Source: Octopus vulgaris (lineage: Eukaryota). From it: a DNA stretch of 64,000 bases. Numbering within the stretch: position 1 is the first letter of the stretch; each line of letters begins with the position of its first letter. The notes below the pieces were generated by a model, which saw only the letters and a program-made list of their open reading frames with translations, ran no database searches and had not been told where the DNA came from. The position numbers and the translations under genes are program-made. The DNA lies in NCBI GenBank assembly GCA_951406725.2, contig OX597823.1:81530001-81594000 (forward strand), in the 5' to 3' direction. Positions 14,175 through 28,010 of this stretch are shown piece after piece.

Positions 14175-14496
14175 TGTATGTATGTATATATCTGTTATCA
14201 TTGTTTCATCATTGCTTAATGCTGACTTTTTAATGCTTGCATGGGTCAGATGGGACCTGCTGGGGTGGATTTTCTACAGCCGGATATCCTTCATCATTGC
14301 CAACCCACACTTGTTTCCAAGCAAGGTAATATTTCCCCATGGCCAGACATGTTTCTCACAGAAGACTGGAAATGATTAAACTTGCCTGTATGACATCATG
14401 TGATGTCTAGATGAGGATGAACCCCTCCCACACATGCACACACATTTATACATACACACACACCCATACACATATATATCATGAGGCTTTCTATAA

Positions 14497-14969
14497 AGAT
14501 GAGTGGAAGGATCTATATGAGTTGTGTGAGAGCTGCAATGCTGTGTGGGAGTGAGACATGGTGTCTGAGGGAGAGAGAAATGGTAATTTTCAGAAGGACT
14601 GAGAGAGCAATGGTGAGAGAAATGTGTGGGGGTGAAGCTGTTTGCTAAGAGGAAGACTGAAGATTTGATGGGAATGCTGGGGTTGGAGGAATCGGTAGAA
14701 TGGTTGGAAAGGGTGAATGGAGTGCAGTGGAATGGGCATGTGTTGAGGAGGGTGATTGCATTTGAGGTAAATGGAGTGTGAAAGCAAGGTAGACCAAGGA
14801 AAAGGGGGAGGGGACAGGTAGAGGAGGAGATTGGGAGGGTTCGTTTGAAAAAGGAGGATGCAAGATGGCGAGATGGTGTAAGGGCAGTTACTATGGTAAT
14901 GAGCTAGATCCAGCCACCCTTGTTAATGGGGACAAAACCCAGATTTAAAACACTGGATGATGATGATGA

Positions 14970-14970
<1 letters not shown>
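14497..14970 (+). mobile_element. RTE-clade LINE 3' remnant with (GAT)n tail
   Basis: RIYMSCVRAAMLCGSETWCL and W.GHVLRR-type motifs, frameshifted; ends ggatgatgatgat. Confidence 0.65.
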
Positions 14971-15013
<43 letters not shown>

Positions 15014-15030
15014 GGAGTAAACACTTATTT

Positions 15031-15696
15031 CACTTTCCTGGAGGCTTTCTAACAAATTCTTACTTATTAGAAAGTGAAATGACCCACGTTACATGATGAA
15101 AACAGTGATGTTTGGGGGTAAGAATCTGATGTTTTAGGGATACATAAAAAGTGATGGTTCAAGAAAGTTGGTTAAAATTGATGGTAACTTGAATAGTGCC
15201 AAATACATCCAGTTGCTGAAGGACAATTTGATACCAGACTTGGATGAAGGTGAGATCTTTCAGCATGATGGAGCTCCATGCCACAGATCACGTGCAGCAC
15301 AACAGAGTCTGACTGATGAAGGTGTTACTGTATTGGAACATTGGCCAGCTCAGAACCATGACTTAAATATCATTGAGCAAATGTGGAAAGAACTAAAGAG
15401 AAGTGTTTGTCAGAAGAATCCACTCAATCTTGAAGAGTTGCAGGAGCTCAGCCACAGAGAATGTCATCTCATACCTGTGAAGATAGTGAAAGATGTGTAT
15501 GCATCTCTTCCTAGGTACATTAGAGCAATCATTCAAGCTAAGGAAAGCCACATGAAATATTAACAATGTACAGTAACTTTTTGAAATGAACATTATGTAA
15601 TAAATTTTTATTATCAACATTTTTCTATCTTAAAACTGTATCTTGATTGGTTTATGCGAGGTGGCTGAAAACTTTAGGAAAGCCACCTTTTGTGGT
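15031..15696 (+). mobile_element. Tc1-family transposon 3' remnant (DDE catalytic part)
   Basis: ORF 15168-15563 with IFQHDGAPCH and WPAQNHDLNIIEQMW (Tc1 QDNDPKH / SPDLNPIE equivalents); stop codon upstream. Confidence 0.85.
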
Positions 15697-17252
15697 CATC
15701 TTGCATCTTCCCCTCTCATTCATAACACCTACTACAAAATGTAATGATTAGGTATGGAAATGACTCCAACAGGGCCAATGTTTCATCTGTAAAAAGCACA
15801 ATGTGAAACAACATCCACTTATAAGTTGGCAATTAGCAGAAATTTACAATAGTTTAAAGTAGCCAAAGACAGTTGCACGATACTATATATATATGTGTGT
15901 GTGTGTGTATTTATATACGAGAGACAGAGAGAGATAGTTATGCAAATAAACAAATAAAACTGCTTGGGGTAGATATACAAAATATACATACATATCTACA
16001 TGTAAATGGAGAGAAAGCAAAAACTAGAAATTTTCAGATGATGAATATTCAAGTATAAATATCATCACCATCATATTCAAGTATAAATATCATCACCATC
16101 ACCTTGCTGGCATGGGTGGCATGGTTTGTCAGGGGCTGGTCAGGCAGAAGCCTGCACCAGACTTCTGTAACTGTTTTGGCAGGATTTTTATGCCTAGATG
16201 CCACTCGCATGGAAGGCGGATATTAAATGATAATGATGATGATGAAGATGCCCTTCCTATATTAACAGACCAAACTTACACAGAGTACAAAGACACAGAA
16301 AATTTAAGGGGAGAGGGTATGGTGTCACAGGCTCAACAGCTGTTTCATAATGTTGGCAGATGTAGTTCACAAAAATAAGCAACCAATAACGGAAGCCTAT
16401 AAACATTGGGTAAATGTCTTCAGGGTATAGAGATAAAAATCTAACCTTGGTTAGACTTTCTTTAGTTTCTTTCTACAAAATACACTGACAAATAATTTTG
16501 GTCAACCTACTGCTATAGGACATGAAAATTTCCCAAAGTGCCCCATAGTAGGACTGAACTTGAGATTGTGTAGTTAGGACATGATCTTTTTAACCACACA
16601 GCCAAGCCAGGCGCAAACACACACACACACACACGCACAAAATTAAAGCTAAGATAATTTTATAATTTTTTTCCTTTCTTTTCCCTAGTTTTCTTCCATT
16701 TCTTGCTCCTAATTTTTTCTTTATCTTTCTTCGAATTACTTTTCTCCGTTTTTATTTGACAGAAAACATAACAGTTACAACTCTGTATCTCTCTAAAATG
16801 TATGCAACAGCTACTCTGCTTTCCTTTCTATGAAAATTTTGTGAAACAGGGTTTTTTTTTATGTCACTGTTCTTATGTTCTTTACTCAAGACAGACAACA
16901 TTAATACGAAGCAAAAATTTTAATTTAAGCTAATTTTTTTCATTTTTTTGTTTTTGCCTCACTCAATTTTTTCCCCCCTTATCTTACTATAAATTATTAA
17001 TCTTTTTTTTATATCTGATTTGAAACTTAGCTGTTGCAAGTATACTTCTCTTTGACATGTGTGTACACGCGGCTTTGTTACAACCTCTGTGCAATGGCCT
17101 ATTGCACCCTCACTGCTACATTTTCCTCTGTTCACTGCCCTCTGTTAACTGTCTTCTGTCTGTGTACATATATATATATACCTATTCATAAGCAAACACA
17201 CACACATGTATGTATGTATGTATGTATATATATATGTCTATCTCTCTCTCTC

Positions 17253-17289
<37 letters not shown>

Positions 17290-17299
17290 GATGATATAC

Positions 17300-17339
<40 letters not shown>

Positions 17340-17343
<4 letters not shown>

Positions 17344-17550
17344 AGGTGTCTATATATGTATTACCTTTGCAATTTCAAAAGTTTAGTAAAAAATTTAAAA
17401 TGTGGATAACTCAGCAGAATTTATTGGAAAACAAACAAAGTTTTGTTAGAAACATAAGAACACTTCTGTGTGGGCACGCAACACATCTAGATGAGATGAT
17501 ACAATACAATAAATTGAGGACGTTGTAAAGATAATTTATGAACACCCTGT
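17340..17550. mobile_element. Tc1/mariner-like MITE remnant
   Basis: Ends TACAAGGTGT / ACACCCTGTA. Confidence 0.45.
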
Positions 17551-17989
17551 AACACAGATACACACACATATGCATGTGTGTGTCTGTGTGTAGTTGATAT
17601 GCTATCTTTCCAATCCTGTGGTCTCATTTTCTATCTCACTGTGCTGCAGTCTTATATTACCCCAGGCCAACAAAAGCCTTATCAATGGATTCGGTAAATA
17701 AAAATTGAAAGTAGCTCAATAGACACATGTACACACATATACACATGTATGTATATGTATATGTATATATATGTATATGAATATTATACCTGTGTGTGTG
17801 TGTTGTGTATGTACATCGGTGCCACTGGCAATATGAAATCCAGTGTACAGTGTACTCAATATCAGGTCTTTGGTGACTAAATCAGCTTCTCTATTAGGAA
17901 CACCTGTTGACATGGGTTTTGCTAGAAATCCTATAAAAGAAATACAGGACTTATAAAATGGCAGAGGAATCTACCATGAGGTGAATGAC

Positions 17990-19380
17990 TATATAAGAAA
18001 GCACACTTTTTTCGTTTTCAATGGTAATATCATTTCCAGTGTCTAACTGCATTTTTACTCTTATATTTTTAATTTTTACTTTTACAAATTATCTCTTTGT
18101 TATATTACCATTTTCTTTCGGTGACATACTGTTTGTTCCTTTTTCTTTGTTCCAACATTTTTTCATCTTGGTTTCACAGTGCATTTTCATTGTGTCCAAT
18201 TTTTCCATAATGGAAGCATTTCTCTTTCTTAAATGGATAGTTTTTCCTCAGGTGTAGACCTCCAAATGCAAAACATGGGATTTTTTCCTGATTCTTGTCC
18301 TGTTAGTACTGTATTTTAGTACACGCTTGATATCTATTCTGCCTATTTCACACTTGTTTCACTTGGGTGCAATCTTTATGCTCAATTTTCACTGTCTTGT
18401 CTTAAATTTACTATTCTTTCACACTCTTCTGACACTTGTTGTAAGGTTACAGCTTGGTTTTATTCCAGCTTAGCGAGACTTCTTGTTCTTACTTCCGTAT
18501 CTTTCTCTGCAGTTAGTCCCTGAGTAAATATCAGGCACTTGGACTGCTTGAACTTTTCACATTCCCTGTTAACTCTACCTGTATATGTGATGTACTCCTC
18601 CTCCTCCTCCTCCTCCTCATTCTTTTCTAGGTTCAAACAATTCCAATGTGTATTGAACAGTGAGCTTTTCTCACTAAAAATTTTACCCAGTATGTCTATT
18701 GAATCTTTAAAGTTTATGTCAGAAGGTTTTCTCAGGAGTATGTAATTGTTGTAACACTCATGCTCTCCTGCTGCCAGTTTTCGTAATATTAAATGTGTTT
18801 TTATATCGTCGTCCCAGTCTTTGCACTCTTTATTGAAGATTTGTTTGTATCTTCTATAGTAAGCCACGAAGGTAACTCCTTCATCTGGTTCATACTTAAA
18901 CTCTGTTATTGAGTTCACAACATAATCTTGTGAGAACATTTTTTCATTATTTCCTGACGACTTACTATTCATTAATTGCAGCATTTGTTGCTGTAATAGA
19001 AATTGTTGTTGTTGTTGCCTCTGCTGTTCTGCTTGCAGTTGTAGCTGCTGCTATTGTTGTTCTTTCAGTTATTGTTGTTACTGTTTTTGCAACTTGAGCA
19101 AACTAACCAACAAATTTTTCATAATTTTATGATTCTTTTTTTTCCTTGTGAGTTTGTTAATTCCTCATCACCACTGTTGTAATCCCTAATGTCAGATTGT
19201 TATAATGCTCACTCTGGTATAGCAGTGTAGTTAGTAAGACCAGTAAAAACATGACTATCTAGGACTGTCTACTTTGTACTCTCTTCTAATACTGACCGAT
19301 GTCAGCTTATCTGTAGTGACTAGGACATACCACTTGTGACACGGGAGGGGTGTATCATTATTACTATTATCCCCATAACA
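17990..19380 (-). mobile_element. Ty3/Gypsy (Mag-like) remnant: 5' LTR, PBS and decayed gag
   Basis: Putative LTR TGTTAT..ACAACA (19380-19175). PBS TGGTGATGAGGA at 19173-19162. Q-rich gag start, FKYEPDEGVTFVAYYRRY..LRKL domain, and two decayed zinc knuckles (PCFAFGGLH..KCFHYGKIGH). Confidence 0.78.
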
Positions 19381-19938
19381 CAAATCTACTCATAAGGTTT
19401 TGGCTGGCCCAAGACTATGAGGGAATAGTAGAAGATACTTGCGCAAGGTACCATGCAGTGGGACTAAACCTAGAACCATGTGGTTGGGAAGCAAGCTTCT
19501 TACTGTACACACAGCCACACCTGCATATTATAAATATGTATATATATATATATGACAGGCTTCTTTCAGTCTCTGTCTATAAATCCATTCACAAGGCTTT
19601 GTCAGCCCGAGGCTATTGTAGAAGACACTTGCCCAAATGTGTTACACCGTCTGATCTTGGAATCATGTGGTTGAAAAGCAAACTTCTTACCACACAGCCA
19701 CACCTGTGCATGATTTCCTTAACCACATAGCCATAGTCTAACTTTTGGCATGTACACAATAGAGAAATATTGATAATACAGTAAACCACCTACATATCAG
19801 TTGAATGTCCAGTATCATATCAAATCAATTGAGGCTCTTTAATAATAAAGAATGAAATCTTTATCACATGTCTGCCATCAGGAATGGCTTGTAGATATAT
19901 TTCACAAGTCATGTGACCAGCAATGCTTTATTATTATT

Positions 19939-19976
<38 letters not shown>

Positions 19977-20249
19977 TATTATTATTATTATTTTGCTAAA
20001 GATTAATGGAGTTAAACATCTAAATTTTTATCACTGTGATTTTTAAATGTTTTTTTTTTCTATTTTTGTTGATATTCTTTGCAAAATTTAAGGTCAAACA
20101 ACTATGGTTCTGACCTTTCCCACAATATATTTGGCAATTGTTCCAAATGAAAGGAAACGTTACTGCAAGTTACAAGTAACATAAATTGTACCTTTTCTCT
20201 CTTTGTCTCCCTCCTTCTTCACCTTCTGTCTCTCTTTCCGTTTCTCGTT

Positions 20250-20281
<32 letters not shown>

Positions 20282-20734
20282 TCTTCCGAATAGTTTCCAT
20301 GTAAATTTAGATCTGGCAAGCCACCTATTGGAATCAATGCATGTCTTCATATATCTTGATTTATATACATTGAAATTCCTGAAAACTTAACACGGCAATA
20401 AATCTTTTATTTTCTTTAACAATTAGACATTTTTTTATTTATAAACCAAAATAGAAAATAGAGTTGGCAAAATTCAATGCAAATTTTAATGCAATTTAAA
20501 AATGATTTCTTTCATTGGTTTACAAGTGAAAATTTGTAAAAGATCATTATATTCATTGAACTGACTCCAGTATATATATATGTCAGGTATTATTGCATTG
20601 AACCTGGAAGAAGATAAAGAAGAAGAAGAAGAAGCCGGAAAGATAATGATAACCTTAACAGAATTTAGTATCTAAATTTAGATGGATGCATTGAAATGCT
20701 GTCAAAACATTTGGTCTGCCATATCTGTCCAACA

Positions 20735-20912
20735 CCACTGCTGCCACCCCACCCCCATCATTGCCACCATCACCACTGCTGCCACCACCACTGCTGCCAA
20801 CACCACCACCACCGCCGCTGCCACCACCACCACCGCTGCCACCACCACCTCCACTGCCACCACCACCACCACTGCCACCACCACGCTGCCACCAAACCAC
20901 TGCCACCACCAT
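20735..20912. repeat. (CCA)n-rich low-complexity tract
   Basis: ccaccaccactgctg variants. Confidence 0.85.
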
Positions 20913-22258
20913 TAGTAGTCCAGTCATTGCACCATCCACAATTCAATTACAGTAACAGAAGCCATTGAAGGTACTTCCACGTGGTCACTCAGCAATGTTA
21001 GAAAATGCAGCCAAGTCACATCACAGACCACTTGGACTATTGGAGAAGCAGACATTGGATAATGTAGCCATAGATACACCATGCTATCAGAATAGTTTGC
21101 AACAATTATCAGTCTAATTATTTCGTGTGCTTCTCCACATACTCTAGAGAGGGAATACTCTAAATGGCTGGCATTGCCCTTCGCACATGTCATGAATACG
21201 AAACCTCTTAAGTGTTAACCAAACACCCAATTAACTCTATGACATCTAAATTATCAATATACAGAAATATCTGTTTATTGATTTTTTTTTTACTGTTTAA
21301 TTAAGGGTGTAGATTGTTTGTAAAATTTTTCTTGCTCACAAATATGTAGTCATATCTACTCTCACACATAAGTACACATAAACATATGCATGAACATACG
21401 TATACACACACCATGCACACTCACACTCATGCAAAAACACATACACACACACACGTAGATGGTATGTGCTTCCTGGACAAGCTGACAGTAAGAGAGAGAG
21501 ATCTGCAGCTTGAATGAAAGGAAGCAGTGTAGATAGGCTGACAGAGATGACATAATACAGAGGGATTGAAGGATAAGAAGATGCATAGATAGATGGCTAC
21601 ATAGATAAATGAATAGATGGACGGACGAACAGACAGAGAGATAGATAGATTGAGAGAGAGAGGGAAGGAGGGAGAGACAGAGAGATATATGAATATACAT
21701 AGAGAGAAAGGGTGCAGAAGATTGTTATAGTAGTTAGAACAAAACTAAATGTTTGAGAAAATTTGGTTGTGTGTGTTGGCAATCATCAGTGGAAGGAATG
21801 GGCACAAACAATCATTTGTGGTCATTCCTTACATTCATGATTGCTGAAGTACATAACCAATTATATATATATATATATATAGAAATTAAATATAAAATAT
21901 AAATTACAAAGTGGGACAAGAACGCAAAAACACACAAAGAGACGACACGAAAAAAACAGACGGGTCACTCAAAGCCTCTAATCTTCAGTCGGAACCGGAT
22001 CATCTTAGCAATTTCGGCTGTTTAATCTCGATATCACTCCGAACCGGCCAGCCCCAATGAAAAACTAAGCCACAGGCATTAGATTTCTTGGAAAGAGGAT
22101 CGAATGTATACGAAACAAAGACAGGGTGCCACACAAATATAAATACAAGAAACAAAAAATAGAAATAAAAAACAAGAATGGTAAGCAGGACAAAAACAAT
22201 TTAAAACTTATCTTGGCTGGCGTATTTGAAAAATGCCTTTGCGGCAAAACGATATATG

Positions 22259-22296
<38 letters not shown>

Positions 22297-22505
22297 AATG
22301 GTAAGGCAACAAAAGAATGATATTATGTAAATAGAGGAATTTATCTGTAAATATATGTGACAATTATTCGGTAGCCATAATAAGAGAAATTTTACTGATG
22401 GCCGGATAACTGAAGAGATGGTGGCGTGGATTTTCACCCCGACATCTGAAACTCAGAGTTTTATCATGGCTACTGAATAATTATCATATATTATATTTAT
22501 AGATA
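22297..22505 (+). mobile_element. Fold-back HHR-bearing element (family B)
   Basis: 22343-22383 is an inverted copy of part of 22451-22504. The same family recurs at 45537-45723. Flanked by TA/GA microsatellite. Confidence 0.7.
22401..22470 (+). ncRNA. Type I hammerhead-like motif
   Basis: GCCg-GATAA CTGAAGA GATG...CATC t GAAA CTC a GAG TT TTATC-at-GGC: stems I, II and III present with a GUU triplet. One extra or mutated base lies before GAAA (the sister copy has CATCC). Confidence 0.7.
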
Positions 22506-22510
22506 TATAT

Positions 22511-22914
22511 ACTCTTTACTCTTTTACTTGTTTCAGTCATTTGACTGCGGCCATGCTGGAGCACCGCCTTTAGTCGAGCAAATCGACCCCGGGACTTATT
22601 CTTTTGTAAGCCCAGTACTTATTCTATCGGTCTCTTTTGCCGAACCGCTAAGTGACGGGGACGTAAACACACCAGCATTGGTTGTCAAGCAATGCTAGGG
22701 GGACAAACACAAACATATACACACACACCCATACATATATATACATATATACGACAGGCTTCTTTCAGTTTCCGTCTACCAAATCCACTCACAAGGCTTT
22801 GGTCGGCCCAGGGCTATAGCAGAAGACACTTGCCCAAGATGCCACGCAGTGGGACTGAACCCGGAACCATGTGGCTGGTTAGCAAGCTACTTACCACACA
22901 GCCACTCCTGCGCC
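22511..22914 (-). mobile_element. SINE family 1 (young, CpG-rich)
   Basis: Nearly identical to the 1380-1778 copy. Confidence 0.88.
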
Positions 22915-23037
22915 TATATATATATATAAAATAGTAAATAAAAGAAACAAGGAACAAGGAACAAACACAAAATGACAACAATGCAAGTATGTGGTATATG
23001 TAAAGTATTAGCTGATGCTCAAGGAAGAAAAGAAAGG

Positions 23038-23075
23038 TGGTTTTATGTTTTGAGCAAAGCTCTTCTTCAGAAACA
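23038..23075 (-). ncRNA. Decayed minimal hammerhead (Penelope type)
   Basis: Minus strand GTTT CTGAAGA a GAGC ttt GCTC aAAAC aTA AAAC. It differs from GCTC GAAAC GTA only by two CpG-type G>A changes; probably inactive. Confidence 0.6.
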
Positions 23076-23271
23076 GAAGACAGAGGAAAATCCAATTGAA
23101 AAGGAAGATGCAGGAAACCAAATCGCCAATGATTCACATGTGGTTACATATATATATATAGCTACATATACAGATACACTGCCAGATATTAGAATTGTTT
23201 GCAGGCAATAATGTTGTTCAGTCTTAAAGAATCCTTGGAGTTTGTCCCAAATTTAAATTTAAATTTTGCTG

Positions 23272-23311
23272 TTCTCTGATGATGAAAGTGTAATATTCGA
23301 AGCGTTCAGAA
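23272..23311 (+). ncRNA. Decayed minimal hammerhead-like motif
   Basis: TTCT CTGATGA t GAA...TTC GAAgC GTTC AGAA: stem I TTCT/AGAA; one core mismatch relative to GAAACGTTC. Confidence 0.45.
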
Positions 23312-23946
23312 TTATTATCAATATGTATTATGTACCCAGAGTTTTTCAGTATTACCTCTACTGTTGTTGTTTACCCCCAAATCAACCGTAATCAGTCACT
23401 GCTATAATTAAAAACATCCCTTGGGTGACTACCCCATCACTTCATATACCCAGCACCACATTGCCCTGCATAGCCTTTCAATTTCAAGACAATAGGTGTA
23501 CTGTGAGGGAGATTTGGTTGCTATTTCACAAAAATTGAATTACTGCATGGAGTTTGTTGGCCTTTAAATAAGATTGGAGGATGTCATAATTGGTAGAGTA
23601 CAGTATTTGTCCCTTTATGTTTGATTTCAAATCCTGAAATCAATTCTGTTTATACTCATTCTAATTAGGTCAATAAAATAAGTACCAGTAATATATAGGT
23701 ATTTATTCAGCAACTCCTTATGGATTAGTGACATTATGCTAATGTATATAAGAAACCAATACAATTTCTGCATGATCTCTATAAGTCTATTTGAACATAA
23801 ATAATCAAAGCTACCTAACAATAATATTTCTAGTAATGAAACTGCCTCTATGTTATTACTTGAGTTGCTAGAAATGACAGCTAAATCTCTATCAGATAAC
23901 ACTCTACCATCTTAAAAAAAAAAGAAATGAAGGTTTTATTAACACT

Positions 23947-24106
23947 GGCACAGGCATGGCTGTGTGGTAAGAAGCTTGCTTCCCAACCACATGGTTCTGG
24001 GTTCAGTTCCACTGCATGGCACCTTGGACAAGTGTCTTCTATCAAAACCTCAGACCAACAAAAGCCTTGCAAGTGGATTCAGTCAAGGGAAACTGAAAGA
24101 AGCCTG

Positions 24107-24148
<42 letters not shown>

Positions 24149-24384
24149 TTGTATGCGTGTGTGTGTGTGTGTGTGTGTGTTTGTGTCTGTGTTTATCCAT
24201 CACCACCACCACTTGACAACCGGTGTTGGTTTGTTTGTGTCCTCATAACTTAGCAGTTTAGCAAAAATGGCTGATAGAATAAATAACAGGCTTAAAAAGC
24301 AAAGTACTGGGATTGGTTCATTCAACTAAAATTCTTCAAAGTAGTGCTCCAACATGACCACAGTCTAATAACTGAAAATAAGTA
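23947..24384 (+). mobile_element. SINE family 1 (older)
   Basis: Diverged copy with (TG)n centre. Confidence 0.8.
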
Positions 24385-24385
24385 C

Positions 24386-24438
<53 letters not shown>

Positions 24439-26173
24439 TGATAATGATAATGATAATAAAAGACAAAATGGCAACATTTTAAATACATTAATTATAGGTC
24501 TGTTCATAAGGGCTGATGTGGGGACCCATGGAACATACTTCTCCTATGTAGTTTCTCAACATGCTAAAGATAGCCAAATTGCATTCAGACTTCAGGTTTA
24601 AGAATGGATATACATATTGGGTAACATAGTTCTAGTTGCACTATGTCTGAGTAAAATGCAGGATGGACCATAGCTGGAACATATTTAACAGGATGGTCTG
24701 TGTCTGGTCTGGAGCTAAATAGAGCTGCTACAGCAGGGGCATATCTGGAACTAAGCAACAACGAAATGTTTTAATAAGTACCCTGTCACTAAATAACACA
24801 GATATGCTTGTAGTTCATGCAGGAAATCATGATTCATGACCTGTTAAATAGTTTCAATTGACTCTGACAGGAAACCGTTTTCAAACTTAGATTACTCTGT
24901 TCTTGAGTGAGATTAGGATTAGAATTAGTTTAGCACTTCATTATCATAGGTGTGGACATAGCTGTGTGATCAAGAAATTGGTTCTACAATCAAGTGGTTC
25001 TAGGTTCAATCACATTGTGTTGCACTTTTAACCTGTGTTTTCTATTGGCCTCAATTAAATCCAAGCATTGTAAATGAAGCTGGGTAGAGAGAAATGCATG
25101 TAAAACACATAGGCAATTCCTCAGTCTTAAACCAAAGCATGAAATTTTTTAAAATCTTTGTTATATAACACTGTGTAACAAAAAATTTATTCATTTTCTT
25201 TTTGTCATTGGTCAGTGAATGTTATTTCCAATTTGCTTCTGTCTAGAAATCAAAGGAAATGACTACTATTCCCTTCAAACTTTGCTTTTGTGACCTGGAC
25301 ATCAATGTTTTGAAACTGACCTATTTTCCATTACATTTCAGACAGATTCAGCACTGAGTTGCTGAAGCAGAAATATCATTATAGCAAATATTTGGCTCAA
25401 TGTCACTGATTTGTTTGTCAGTTGCTTGATCTTAACCAGACCTAGTGGCTGACACAATATGTGCATCTCTAATCATGAGCAGGAGGAATGGGAGAGCATC
25501 ATAGCCATGTGTTGAGAGGGATTCTTTGGGGTTTGAATAAATGTAACAAAAGCAAAGTTTGAAGAAAATATTAACCAGTTTCCATACTTTCTAAGGGTGA
25601 GCAAATAGGAAATAACAGTTGCTACCCAAGGACAAAAATCATGTTGCACAGGGTAATTTGAAATAAAGTACATATAGCATGTATGCAGAGCATCTTTAGA
25701 AGCGTTGATGGTCCCTGGGAAAATTATTGCACTGGGCCCTATAGTATTTATGTATTGACAACAAACTACAATATGCGTAGGTCTGAACTGGGCTCCGAGA
25801 CTTGTGGGGTCCCTGGACAACTGCCCAGCATGCCCATACCTGTAGATGGCTCTGCATGTTTGTATTCTTTTTTGAGCTGTATCATCATCATCATCATCAT
25901 CATCAACATTTAATGTACTCTTTTCTAAGCTTGCATGGATCAGGTGAAATTTGTTGTGGTAGGCTTTCTGTGGCTGGATGCCCTTCCTGTTGCCAACCCT
26001 CTCTGATTTCCAAGTAAGATAATATATATCTCCAATGCCTGACATGTTCTTTTATTGAAGACTGCAAGCAAACAACATTGCTTGTTTGATGGTGATGCTC
26101 ATTTACAACGATCACATGATATCAGGGCAAGGGTACTCCCACCTAAAACATATAACTCTCATCTCTCTCTCTC

Positions 26174-26698
<525 letters not shown>

Positions 26699-26848
26699 TA
26701 AAATAAATATAAGAGAGTGTTCACTATATTGATCACTCTAGCACCAGTTAATCCAAGAGGTTTCAACCACGAAAAATACATGTTTCCCATGAAAGCCGGT
26801 ACGACTGTTAGCTCACACGGACAGGGCAAATAAAAAATAACAAAAATA

Positions 26849-26942
26849 CAGATTATTTTGGGACAATTGTTTCGCTATTAATGAATTAAATGTAATATTA
26901 CTTACAGTAATCCATTTGTAGCTCTTCAGCCAAGACTATCTG
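26849..26942 (-). ncRNA. Type I hammerhead ribozyme (array copy 1)
   Basis: Reverse complement of the motif at 28422 (gggacaattgtttcgcta...tagctcttcagccaa). Confidence 0.9.
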
Positions 26943-27382
26943 GATGAAATCCACTCAATCACACGCCAGATTTTACCATAACGATAAATACGCGTGCGGT
27001 TCAATTGATTACATCGGACGTTATAATTCAAATGCCCCAACCAACAGCGCGCCAAACTCTCATGGAAAACAAATACAGCATTTAGAAATAAATGCAGCAT
27101 AATTATAATTAAATAATAAGGGTGAGAGAATTAGATACTAATTTAATAGTACATTTATTCCACACCAAGTGGCCTAGTGCTACGAGAAACCTGGATTATT
27201 ATAATATTTTATAACATATTATAATATTTTCACAAAATAAATATAAGAGAGTGTTCACTATATTGATCACTCTGGCACCAGTTAATCCAAGAGGTTTCAA
27301 CCACGAAAAATACATGTTTCCCATGAAAGCCGGTACGACTGTTAGCTCACACGGACAGGGCAAATAAAAAATAACAAAAATA

Positions 27383-27476
27383 CAGATTATTTTGGGACAA
27401 TTGTTTCGCTATTAATGAATTAAATGTAATATTACTTACAGTAATCCATTTGTAGCTCTTCAGCCAAGACTATCTG
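27383..27476 (-). ncRNA. Type I hammerhead ribozyme (array copy 2)
   Basis: Same motif, +534. Confidence 0.9.
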
Positions 27477-27916
27477 GATGAAATCCACTCAATCACACGC
27501 CAGATTTTACCATAACGATAAATACGCGTGCGGTTCAATTGATTACATCGGACGTTATAATTCAGATGCCCCAACCAACAGCGCGCCAAACTCTCACGGA
27601 AAACAAATACAGCATTTAGAAATAAATGCAGCATAATTATAATTAAATAATAAGGGTGAGAGAATTAGATACTAATTTAATAGTACATTTATTCCACACC
27701 AAGTGGCCTAGTGCTACGAGAAACCTGGATTATTATAATATTTTATAACATATTATAATATTTTCACAAAATAAATATAAGAGAGTGTTCACTATATTGA
27801 TCACTCTAGCACCAGTTAATCCAAGAGGTTTCAACCACGAAAAATACATGTTTCCCATGAAAGCCGGTACGACTGTTAGCTCACACGGACAGGGCAAATA
27901 AAAAATAACAAAAATA

Positions 27917-28010
27917 CAGATTATTTTGGGACAATTGTTTCGCTATTAATGAATTAAATGTAATACTACTTACAGTAATCCATTTGTAGCTCTTCAGCCA
28001 AGACTATCTG
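27917..28010 (-). ncRNA. Type I hammerhead ribozyme (array copy 3)
   Basis: Same motif, +534; one substitution in the stem II loop only. Confidence 0.88.

Noticed and set aside
20655-20968. Poly-Gly/His/Pro/Thr ORFs
   Set aside because: (CCA)n low-complexity sequence open in several frames, with no splice or homology support.
21882-22252. TA-flanked element with CTGAAGA and CAGCC-GAAA on the minus strand
   Set aside because: Probably a repeat, but I could not fold the motifs into a consistent hammerhead topology.
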